A stretch of DNA of 64,000 nt from Minisyncoccota bacterium (GTDB lineage: Bacteria; Patescibacteriota; Minisyncoccia; Phycocordibacterales; Phycocordibacteraceae): positions 78,638 through 142,637 of the forward strand of contig JAGORR010000001.1 in NCBI GenBank assembly GCA_018062765.1, read 5' to 3'. Within the stretch, counting starts at the first letter, position 1. Every line of letters begins with the position of its first letter. Under the pieces are notes generated by a model. That model worked only from the letters and a program-made list of their open reading frames with translations, had not been told where the DNA came from and did no database searches. This document shows positions 26,121-33,818 of the stretch, in pieces. A program made the position numbers and the translations under genes.

Positions 26121-26355
26121 GCCTCGCAAGGGGTGGCAGGTATGGTCAGGTATCGGGACGAAAGTCGTTGCGTAAGCACAGCTCTAGTGGTCGGTACTTG
26201 TAAGGTCGAAAGACCTCGAGTACCTGCCAGTGGAGCTGTTTTCGTGGGCCCGCGGAACCAGTTTGAGCCCTCCACGGGTTAGCGATGAACCTGCACCTCG
26301 AATTTCGCGGTGTCGCTGGTCGACAAGATACCAGCATCGTAATCTTGGTCAAAAC
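26121..26355 (+). ncRNA. candidate structured leader/ncRNA (family unknown)
   Basis: 8-bp closing helix GGCAGGTA (26135-42) / TACCTGCC (26221-28) enclosing two GAAA-tetraloop hairpins (GAC-GAAA-GTC, AGGTC-GAAA-GACCT). Further nested helices (GTGGA..GGGC..GCCC-TCCAC; AGCGA..TCGCT). No credible ORF. Confidence 0.3.
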
Positions 26356-26475
26356 ATGACTAAGACGATTACGAGGAGCGCGAAGACAGGTCGCTTCGTA
26401 CCGGCAAGGCAGGCGATCACTCGCCCCGCTACGACGGTACGGGAGACAATCTTCGTCCCTCGCAAAAAGAAGTAA
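26356..26475 (+). CDS. 39-aa basic protein (KTGRFV...TTV.E type)
   Basis: MTKTITRSAKTGRFVPARQAITRPATTVRETIFVPRKKK. Resembles small conserved hypothetical proteins I recall from actinobacterial mobile DNA. Below the track cutoff as a stand-alone ORF. Confidence 0.4.
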   Translation: MTKTITRSAKTGRFVPARQAITRPATTVRETIFVPRKKK

Positions 26476-26551
26476 GCCCCCTAGCTAAACGCTAGAGAGC
26501 TTGCTTCGTAAGGAAGCAAAAGCGCTCACAGCAGGTGTGGGTGCTTTTGCT

Positions 26552-26628
26552 TAAGGACATGGTACCACAGGTGTCCTTTAGACCACCAACCACACCGATA
26601 GGCAGGGGATAATCATGTAATTTATCCC
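26552..26628. promoter_or_regulatory. two palindromes upstream of the NYN-Zn gene (operator-like)
   Basis: TTAAGGACA-N12-TGTCCTTTA (26551-26580) and GGGGATAA-N9-TTATCCC (26605-26628). Confidence 0.45.
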
Positions 26629-26759
26629 TAGAAAGCATAATCGATTGAATAAAATCAAAGGATCTCAGGAATATTATCGGCTTATGCAAGGCACATTTTA
26701 TCGCTGTCCACACCTGCATTGTACGTTCACGGAATAAGGTGTAGCGTTGAAGTAAAGAT

Positions 26760-27371
26760 ATGAAGCGGTACGCATTTATAGATGTCGAAAATACGGCCAC
26801 GACAGCCGAAGATATGCTTGGCTTTGTCGTTGATTGGTCAAAAGTGGCTGATTTCCTCAAGAATGTGAAAAGTTGTACAGAAGTGTTCTACTACACGGCT
26901 ATAGAGACTGGTGATGCCCAGAAGGCGGCAGAGTTCGAGGCGATCGATAAAACTGCCTGCTGCGTTGTTAGGGCGAAACAAAAGATGCTCTATAAGCGTA
27001 AGGACAAGTATCTTTCTTTCACGTGCTCAAAGTGCGGGGAACCCGGCAATAAAAGCATTGACATGGGGTACAACGTCAAAGGTAACTGCGATGTTGAATT
27101 AACGGTGGATGCTCTCGAGCATGGAGAGAAAGATAACGAATTTTACATATTCACGGGCGACGGTGATTTCGAGTACCTAGCTATAAAGCTTATGGAGCGG
27201 GGCGTTAAGGTCGTGTTTGTTTCTCACGCAAAAGTGATTCAGAGGGCTGGTCAGCCCTATGGACGGTATTCAAAAAAGCTTAGAGATCTTGTTGCTGCCA
27301 ACCCGACCCACCTCTCTTTCCAAGAACTAGATAATTGGAAGAAGAAATTTGAGCGCGTAATTGTGCCGTAA
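26760..27371 (+). CDS. NYN/LabA-like domain protein with inserted CxxC zinc-ribbon-like segment
   Basis: YAFIDVENT ... FTGDGDFEYLAIKLMERG (NYN), with inserted FTCSKCGEPGNKSIDMGYNVKGNC. Confidence 0.7.
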   Translation: MKRYAFIDVENTATTAEDMLGFVVDWSKVADFLKNVKSCTEVFYYTAIETGDAQKAAEFEAIDKTACCVVRAKQKMLYKRKDKYLSFTCSKCGEPGNKSIDMGYNVKGNCDVELTVDALEHGEKDNEFYIFTGDGDFEYLAIKLMERGVKVVFVSHAKVIQRAGQPYGRYSKKLRDLVAANPTHLSFQELDNWKKKFERVIVP

Positions 27372-27562
27372 ATACGCCGTATAAATACGAAAACGCCGCG
27401 AAGCGCGGCGCCTTCTAAGGACTCCCTCAGTATACTCAGGACCCATGAGGTGTCAATTAAGGGTCAAGGGGTCTTTCTAATAACCTGTTGATAGCTGATT
27501 TAAGAAGAATTTAAGATAGTTTCAAGTATAATTTTCACAAATGGATCAACCCGAGTTTCTTT

Positions 27563-28450
27563 CTATACTTTCGAGAGCAATACGGTTCCGAGGAGCGCAG
27601 AAAACCGCTGACTGTCGCTGTGTCGGTTGTTCCAATGGAACGAATACGCATCTAGATACCCCTGAAGGTGTCGCTTCGACACCACCTTATACGTCCCCCG
27701 AAGAGAGCGCTTCACGTGCGCCCAATACGCCTCAATAGTGTTTATGTAGATTGGGCCTCGCGCCCATTCTTTCTTTGAGTGATTCACCATGTATCGCTCG
27801 TAGCCTATAGCTACATTGTCTAGGGTCTTAGTAGCGTCAGTCATGAGCGCGGTGCCTTCCTCCTCAACGTTTTCCCGAAGAAACCGGCCGTGGGTATCTG
27901 CGCCTATGTCGGGTACGACCTTGGTGCGTACCTCGCCGTTTCGCTGTACCGCGCCTATAACCGGGGACTTAGCCCTAATGTTCCTGCTCTGGTGCATATT
28001 GTCCTTCCCGCCGTCACCCTTGCCGCCCATATAGGTGCTATCCACCTCGACAACCCCCGACAGCTTCTTGGGAGTCTGTTTCCCGAGGGATTCGCGGATC
28101 AGTTTCAGCATTCGCCACGCCGTCTTATAGGTCACTTCAAGCTGTCGCTCCATCTCCTTAGCTGAAATGCCGCTCTTGGCGTTAGAAAAGACCCACAGGG
28201 CATGGAACCAGAGGGAAAGGGGAGTATCTGACTTATGGAAGATCGTGCCTGCTGTAGGGGCTATCTGGAACCTACACTTGGAGCATTGATACTGTTTCCG
28301 GCCTGAAATGCGCCTGTAGGTACCACCACAGGAGCACTCCCGGCTGTGGAGGGAATCGAAAATGAAGTCCAGACAGACCGCGTCGGTCGGGAAATCACGT
28401 TTTAGGGAAGATAGGCCGTATTTACTCATTATTCTCACTCTATCGGACAT
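27563..28450 (-). mobile_element. IS1595-family transposase gene (element ends not defined)
   Basis: N-terminal Zn ribbon CSCGGTYRRISGRKQYQCSKCRF and an ISXO2-like DDE region (VVEVDSTYMGG, LMTDATKTLD, NTIEAYWAHVKR). Terminal inverted repeats not found by eye. Confidence 0.75.
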
Positions 28451-28474
28451 GGATTATGTTGTCAAGGGATATCG

Positions 28475-28508
28475 GGGGATAACTAAGGGGACATGTGGAT
28501 AAAGGACA
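28475..28508. repeat. GGGGATAACTAAGGGGACATGTGGATAAAGGACA motif cluster
   Basis: Contains GGGGATAA, a TAAGGGGACA variant and GGATAAAGGACA. Lies between the transposase start and yraN. Confidence 0.7.
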
Positions 28509-28577
28509 GCGTCCAAGATGAACGGATTATGATGAGTCTTAAGAAAAGCTAGTAAATAAGCCGTTTTTCTAAACTCC

Positions 28578-28973
28578 ATGAATCTCGAGAAGGCCACAAA
28601 GAAGGAAATCGGTGATTATGGTGAAAGGGCCGTCGTCCGAGAGCTCGAGAGGAATGGCTACAGGCTAGTTGGTAGGAATATCGCACGAAAGACAGGAGAA
28701 ATAGACGTGCTAATGCGAAAGAGCGATACCCTCCACTTTATCGAAGTTAAGGCGCTCTCATGTGAGGAGTTGCCGGATCTTGAAGCGGTAAACGATCGCT
28801 ATGACCCCTCTGCAAACCTTCATGAGGCGAAGGTACGAAAAGTCGCCCGGACAGCTGAGTGGATAGTCGCAGAAAAGGAGTGGGAAGGGGATTGGCAGGT
28901 TGATGGCGCCCTAGTATGGCTCCGGCTGCGCGATGGAGTCGCCAAGGTCCTCCATCTGCCGCAAATCGTCTAG
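28578..28973 (+). CDS. yraN: YraN-family (UPF0102) endonuclease-like protein
   Basis: GDYGERAVVRELERNGYRLVGRN ... GEIDVLMRK ... FIEVKA. Confidence 0.8.
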   Translation: MNLEKATKKEIGDYGERAVVRELERNGYRLVGRNIARKTGEIDVLMRKSDTLHFIEVKALSCEELPDLEAVNDRYDPSANLHEAKVRKVARTAEWIVAEKEWEGDWQVDGALVWLRLRDGVAKVLHLPQIV

Positions 28974-29074
28974 CAATGCTAGGATGGCCCATATAGGACG
29001 TTGGCCTATGTGTATGGGCGGTGAGCTAGGGTCATTATGTGCCGGAGTAGCTTGGGTGGGTTAAATCATTTGGT

Positions 29075-29148
29075 CGGGCCGTCGTATACCGGTAGTACGC
29101 TTGGTTTGGGACCAAGATGACCGGGTTCGATTCCCGGCGGCCCGACCA
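29075..29148 (+). tRNA. tRNA-Pro (anticodon TGG) with encoded CCA
   Basis: Acceptor CGGGCCG/CGGCCCG, anticodon stem CTTGG/CCAAG with loop TTTGGGA, T arm CCGGG-TTCGATT-CCCGG, ACCA end. Flanked by a perfect 14-bp leader/trailer complement (29061-29074 / 29145-29158). Confidence 0.85.
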
Positions 29149-29191
29149 AATGATTTAACGGCTCTCTGGGAGAGAGCCAAGGTCCGGAGGA

Positions 29192-29324
29192 AAGATGACC
29201 GGGACGACCCCTTACAGGGGCGGTATACCTTTCGGATATTTTGCATCGCAAGCTCGCAAATTATCTCGAAAGGTCTTGCGAACGCTCCAAGCATTCGCGT
29301 TCTCACCCGGCGGCCCGACCAAAT
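29192..29324 (+). other. tRNA-Pro-trailing unit: 5'-truncated tRNA-Pro copy with 102-nt T-loop
   Basis: AAGATGACCGGG (tRNA 29114-29125) is repeated at 29192-29203. CCCGGCGGCCCGACCAAAT (29133-29151) is repeated exactly at 29306-29324. Confidence 0.8.
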
Positions 29325-29383
29325 TTTTCGTGATGCGCACTGAATCGATTCTCCGGGGGAGAACCGTATGACTGGGTTAATGC

Positions 29384-29411
29384 AAAAAAGATCCGCGAAC
29401 GGATCTTTTTT
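29384..29411. terminator. bidirectional intrinsic terminator
   Basis: AAAAAAGATCCG-cgaa-CGGATCTTTTTT. Confidence 0.75.
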
Positions 29412-29434
29412 GCAATTGTAATTCCAGCGGTCCC

Positions 29435-30484
29435 CTAATCACTCGTCGCTTCAATAAGTATCTCCCGCAACGCTTTCGCCCTCGCCGCAAACGCATCTGC
29501 AAGATTCGGAAGTGGCGCGCTTAGGAGGTATTGCGAAAGACTCATGCCAGCGTCGAGCTCGAAGTTCTTCCTGATATGACGAGGTGTGATGGCGCGCACT
29601 TGGCGAGATGAGAGATCTGCTTCCGCCGAGCTTGTGGTGATGAGTCCGACCATTTCCCCGGAAAGCGAAGCGACAGCACCCCCCGAAGAACCTTCCTGCG
29701 CCGTATCGCTTCCAGACACTGACAGCAAATCGATAGTATTCTCGCCAAACGTATAAACCTTCTCAATCTCTCCGCCATCAACAATGAGTGGTAATGCATT
29801 CTGGATGAGTTCGCTCCCAGCAAACTCAGCGCCGTACGCTGCGAGTACTACGGTGTCGCCTGTGCGTGCATCCGTATCAGCAAGTGGAAGTGAAGGAAAT
29901 GAGGAGGGAAGTGGTGTGCCAGAAATTGTTCCGGTGATGTACAGGAGCGCAAAATCACTCTCACCGGTCCCAGTTGGTGCTGCGTCTGAAAGAGTCGCTT
30001 GATTAGCGGTTATCCAGTGCGTCGATACGTACAGGGGATCTGCCGTGTATGTCGCAACAGCAGGACTTCCAACTCGTACAGAACAACGAATGCTATTTGG
30101 TTTCGGATAATCGCGCAGGATAAAGTACTGTCCGATGTGAGCGGCGGTAAGGATGACACCGCGCGAATCGATGAAGACGCCGCTTCCAGAAATTGATTTG
30201 AATGGACTACCGTCCGTCGTGCAGAGAATATTCACCGCAGCATTTCCGGCAAGTCGAACCGCAGCGTCCAATTTTCGCGTATCCAGAGGTGCGCCCGCGT
30301 CTGCGACTGCTGCGGGCTGCGGAGGAGCTTCGATCAGTGTTGCGCCAGGAAGTGTCGTAGTCGCGAGTGGCGTCGCTTCCTCTATGACGATAGTCGTTGG
30401 AGAGCGAAAACCTGTGGTTGCTATGGCGATAACAGCAAACGCAAGGAGGCCTGCGCCCGCGTAGGAGATCCAGTCACGCTTCAT
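29435..30484 (-). CDS. membrane-anchored trypsin-like serine protease
   Basis: N-terminal TM helix. Catalytic-triad contexts TAAHI, DFALL and GSSGGAV. Confidence 0.7.
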   Translation of the reverse strand: MKRDWISYAGAGLLAFAVIAIATTGFRSPTTIVIEEATPLATTTLPGATLIEAPPQPAAVADAGAPLDTRKLDAAVRLAGNAAVNILCTTDGSPFKSISGSGVFIDSRGVILTAAHIGQYFILRDYPKPNSIRCSVRVGSPAVATYTADPLYVSTHWITANQATLSDAAPTGTGESDFALLYITGTISGTPLPSSFPSLPLADTDARTGDTVVLAAYGAEFAGSELIQNALPLIVDGGEIEKVYTFGENTIDLLSVSGSDTAQEGSSGGAVASLSGEMVGLITTSSAEADLSSRQVRAITPRHIRKNFELDAGMSLSQYLLSAPLPNLADAFAARAKALREILIEATSD

Positions 30485-30485
30485 G

Positions 30486-30556
30486 TGCGGGATAGGAGAA
30501 TCGAACTCCTGCTAGCAGTTTGGAAAACTGCAGTTCTACCATTAAACTAATCCCGC
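30486..30556 (-). tRNA. tRNA-Gly (anticodon TCC), no encoded CCA
   Basis: Reverse complement folds as GCGGGAT..ATCCCGC, anticodon stem GCAGT/ACTGC with loop TTTCCAA, T arm AGGAG-TTCGATT-CTCCT. Confidence 0.9.
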
Positions 30557-30642
30557 GTTCTTCGCCGCTACGATACCATTTTGACGGCAACCGCGCATCG
30601 GTCCCGGTATCGAGCTGGTCCCCCGTGCGTTATGCTTTCATC

Positions 30643-30915
30643 ATGATTCCTGATCCCCTCCACCACCTAGAGCGCACCACCGAGCGTATGAATGAGTTCA
30701 TGCACGCAAGGCATCATACGGCCTTCAGCAAATACCCACTCCTGTTTGCCTTGCTAGGCGCTTTTGGCGTTGTTGCCGTCATGTATGGGCTCGAGAACAT
30801 GCTCGGCCAGATACGGGTTGTTAAAGAGTATCCGGTACTTTCGTTCCTCGCGGGCGTAGCAATCCTCCTTTTCACTGGGTCGTTGTATAAGCGTATCGAT
30901 AAGAAGCTCGATTAA
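30643..30915 (+). CDS. small two-TM membrane protein
   Basis: 90 aa from ATG 30643 (MIPDPLHHLE...). The upstream part of the tracked ORF overlaps the tRNA. Confidence 0.5.
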   Translation: MIPDPLHHLERTTERMNEFMHARHHTAFSKYPLLFALLGAFGVVAVMYGLENMLGQIRVVKEYPVLSFLAGVAILLFTGSLYKRIDKKLD

Positions 30916-30984
30916 CCCCGATTCACTCTTTCTCCATATCTGTGCTATAGAATGCGGTTAGGTATTACCGGCTAGTTTTCTCAT

Positions 30985-32391
30985 ATGACCATCACTTCCA
31001 ACCTCAAAAGGGCGGCAGGCTTTGCGCTCGTCCTCGGGCTCGTGCTCTCCTCTGGTGCCGTCATAGGCGCCAAGGGCGTAGAAGCTGCTTCCTGCTCCTT
31101 TTCCCGAGACCTCTACATAGGCGTCTCGTGGGGAGAGGATGTGCGTTGTCTCCAGGGCACGCTCTCCTCTATGGGCTACTACGTACCCCAGACGGGGACC
31201 TATGGCAATGAGACGGCCATCGCCGTCGCTCGCTGGCAGGCCACCAAGGGTATTAGCCTCGCAAATGGGGTATTTGGCCCTGTCTCCCGTTCCGCTATGG
31301 GTGGCTACTCGGGCACCCCGACCTACCCAGGTACCTCATGGCAGGACAACGACTCAGACGAGGCATACCGAGCCATTTTGGACGCGGTCGCGGCTTACGT
31401 GGACGCCCTGGACGAGTTCCGGGACGCTGAGGACGATAACGACCGCACGGGGGACGCTGAGGACCTTCTTGAGGACGCCCTCGATGAGATACGCGACGCA
31501 CTCCAGTCCTTCATCCGTCATGACTTCGATGACGCGATAGATGCCGCCGAGGAAGCAGAGGACCTCGCAGACGAGGCGATGGACGAAATAGATGGAGATC
31601 GCGATGACGATAACGACAACGACCGCGAAGACGCCGAGGATGCCATCGATGAGGCGTGGGACGCTATCGATGAGGCCGAGGATGAGATAGAGAACGCAGA
31701 CGACCGCGGCGACGATGTCGATGAGGCCGAAGAGCTTCTTGATGACGCCTGGGATGCCATCAATGATGCTGAAGAGGCATACGATGACCGCGATTACGAT
31801 GACGCAGTCGACTACGCGCGGGACGCGGAGGACCTCGCCAAGGACGCAATCGATGCTATCGACGAGGATCGTAACGATTACGACGACGACGATGCAGCCG
31901 ACGCACTCGATGACGCGAACGACGCTATCAATGACGCATGGGACGAAGTTGATGATGCGCGCCGCGATGGCGACGATGTCGACCGCGCCGAGGACCTCCT
32001 TGATGACGCAGAGAACCGTTACGATGATGCGATCGAAGCGTTCGATGATGAGGATTGGGATGATGCGGTCGAGTTTGCGCATGACGCTGAGGACCTCGCG
32101 CATGACGCAGTTGATGCCATCGACGAAGACGACAACGATGGTGATCGGCAAGACGCGATCGACGAAATAAATGATGCGTACGACATAATCCGTGATGCGC
32201 AGGATGAGATTGAGGATGCGGACGACGATGGCGCGGATGTCGACGAGGCGGAGGATCTCTTGCAGGATGCGGTAGACGCATACAACGATGCCGTCGAAGC
32301 GTTTGAAGATCACGACTACGACGATGCTATCGATCTTGCTGAGGAAGCTCAGGATCTTGCCGACGACGCGGTAGACGCAATTGGCTACTAA
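30985..32391 (+). CDS. secreted peptidoglycan-binding protein with hyper-acidic helical repeats
   Basis: Signal peptide, then a PG_binding_1-like domain (RDLYIGVSWGEDVRCLQGTLSSMGYY ... AIAVARWQATKGI). About 340 aa follow that look about half Asp/Glu by eye, in ~95-aa repeats (DVDEAEELLDDAWDAINDAEEAYDDRDYDDAVDYARDAEDLAKDAIDAID). Confidence 0.75.
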   Translation: MTITSNLKRAAGFALVLGLVLSSGAVIGAKGVEAASCSFSRDLYIGVSWGEDVRCLQGTLSSMGYYVPQTGTYGNETAIAVARWQATKGISLANGVFGPVSRSAMGGYSGTPTYPGTSWQDNDSDEAYRAILDAVAAYVDALDEFRDAEDDNDRTGDAEDLLEDALDEIRDALQSFIRHDFDDAIDAAEEAEDLADEAMDEIDGDRDDDNDNDREDAEDAIDEAWDAIDEAEDEIENADDRGDDVDEAEELLDDAWDAINDAEEAYDDRDYDDAVDYARDAEDLAKDAIDAIDEDRNDYDDDDAADALDDANDAINDAWDEVDDARRDGDDVDRAEDLLDDAENRYDDAIEAFDDEDWDDAVEFAHDAEDLAHDAVDAIDEDDNDGDRQDAIDEINDAYDIIRDAQDEIEDADDDGADVDEAEDLLQDAVDAYNDAVEAFEDHDYDDAIDLAEEAQDLADDAVDAIGY

Positions 32392-32406
32392 TTAGTTTCT
32401 TCTAGA

Positions 32407-32446
32407 GAAAATCCGCAGCCGTCGAGGCTGCGGATTTTCTCTTTAT
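32407..32446 (+). terminator. intrinsic terminator
   Basis: GAAAATCCGCAGCC-gtcga-GGCTGCGGATTTTC followed by TCTTTAT. Confidence 0.75.
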
Positions 32447-32512
32447 GCGCACATCATTAGCTCATAAGGTGCGTGCTATCGTTTACGCATTACTCAAAAA
32501 GCATCGTTTCGT

Positions 32513-33679
32513 ATGAAAACGTCACGCCTGTCACGCTTATCCGCCGCTGCACTTCTCGCACTCTCGCTTGCCGTCGCGAGTTTCGCACCGCTCGCTGCAT
32601 CCGCAGCAGCGTGCTCACTTACTCGCGACCTGTATCTCGGTGATACTGGCGAGGATGTGCGCTGCTTGCAGCGGTACTTGAACGGCGCGGGCTTTACCGT
32701 ATCGTCGAGCGGTGTTGGTTCTCCCGGGTCGGAGACGAATCAGTACCAGTTGAAGACAGTCGATGCGGTGAAGAAGTGGCAGACGGCGAACGGAATTAGT
32801 CCAGCGACCGGAGGATTCGGTCCGTTGTCGCGCGCGAAGTATGCGGCGCTTGCGGGCGGCAGCGTGACTATGCCGACACCTTCGACACCTTCCACTGGCG
32901 CCGTGACCGCAGCAAGCGTATCCGCTTTGACTGCGATAAACGAGGCGCGTGAAGCGTACGAAGATGCGCGGGATGCCGTAGCGGATGATGGAAGCGATGA
33001 CGCCGATGACTATCTCGATACCGCGCGAGAGAATTTACTCAACGCGCTCTACGCATACATCGCGGGAAACTATCCATCAGCTGAGTCGCGTGCTGATACT
33101 TCGACCAGTGCTTCCAAAAACGCGCTCGATGAAGTTGGTGGCGACGAAGATGAAGATGAGGACGAAGATCATGACACCGATGAGGAGGGGGCAGACGACG
33201 CGATAGAGGAAGCTAAGCAGGCGATACGTGACGCCGATGACGCGATTGAAGAGGCGCAGGATGAGGGTGACGACACTGAGGACGCAGAAGATTTGATTGA
33301 GGATGCACGAGAGAAACTCGACGAAGCAGAGGAAGCATTCGACGATGAGGAGTGGGATGACGCGATAGAAGCTGCGGAAGAAGCGAAAGACCTTGCGGAT
33401 GAATCCTATGAGGAGGCAGGAGGAGAGGATGCTGACGCGGAGGAAGCGGCGGACGATGCAATCGATGCTGCAGTGCACGCTATTAACGTCGCGTGGAACG
33501 CTATAGAGGAAGCGGATGACGACGGTGATGATACGGAAGAGGCAGAGGACATCGTAAACGAAGCGGAGGCACGGCTCGATGACGCCCGGGATGAGTTCGA
33601 GGACGAGGATTGGGATGAAGCAATCGAGTCCGCAGAGGAGGCCGAGGAGCTTGCAGAAGAGGCTGAAAACGCGCTCTAG
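32513..33679 (+). CDS. paralogous secreted PG-binding protein with acidic repeats
   Basis: Signal peptide, RDLYLGDTGEDVRCLQRYLNGAGF ... AVKKWQTANGI, then Asp/Glu-rich repeats (DDTEDAEDLIEDAREKLDEAEEAFDDEEWDDAIEAAEEAKDLADE). Confidence 0.75.
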   Translation: MKTSRLSRLSAAALLALSLAVASFAPLAASAAACSLTRDLYLGDTGEDVRCLQRYLNGAGFTVSSSGVGSPGSETNQYQLKTVDAVKKWQTANGISPATGGFGPLSRAKYAALAGGSVTMPTPSTPSTGAVTAASVSALTAINEAREAYEDARDAVADDGSDDADDYLDTARENLLNALYAYIAGNYPSAESRADTSTSASKNALDEVGGDEDEDEDEDHDTDEEGADDAIEEAKQAIRDADDAIEEAQDEGDDTEDAEDLIEDAREKLDEAEEAFDDEEWDDAIEAAEEAKDLADESYEEAGGEDADAEEAADDAIDAAVHAINVAWNAIEEADDDGDDTEEAEDIVNEAEARLDDARDEFEDEDWDEAIESAEEAEELAEEAENAL

Positions 33680-33697
33680 CCCTCAGGTTCCACGCTA

Positions 33698-33730
33698 ACA
33701 AGCCGCGACTCAAAGAGAGTCGCGGCTTGT
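33698..33730 (+). terminator. hairpin terminator candidate
   Basis: ACAAGCCGCGACTC-aaaga-GAGTCGCGGCTTGT with a weak T tail. Confidence 0.45.
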
Positions 33731-33818
33731 TTCGCAACTAGGCAATGAATAGTTGCGGGGCACGCACGTTTTGATAGGGTCAGGATAGAAACCAACGTAC
33801 CTGCAAAAGGAGGCAACA

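Noticed and set aside
26121-26230. Possible SRP (4.5S) RNA, because of TCAGG ... GAAA tetraloop ... AAGCA strings.
   Set aside because: The spacing between the tetraloop and the putative conserved loops is several bp too long for SRP helix 8, and the remaining SRP features are absent. Kept only as an unassigned structured RNA.
26037-28485. 11-nt direct repeat GGGGATAACTA at 26037 and 28475, considered as target-site duplication or island boundaries.
   Set aside because: Exact 11-mer repeats are expected by chance many times in 64 kb. The repeat more likely reflects the recurring GGGATAA motif family.
27441-28560. Search for IS1595 terminal inverted repeats flanking the transposase gene.
   Set aside because: I found no convincing inverted repeat by eye (only the direct GTCAAGGG strings at 27466 and 28461), so the element boundaries and its intactness are left open.
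31139-32313. Long ORFs in other frames and on the antisense strand of the acidic-repeat gene (e.g. 31354..32313 -, 31715..32170 +, 31928..32281 -). The second paralog has the same (33077..33478 -).
   Set aside because: They are by-products of the GAT/GAC/GAA-rich repeat DNA. Their products are low-complexity (Ile/Val/Arg or Ser/Thr/Met runs), and the sense frame has a signal peptide plus a recognisable PG-binding domain.
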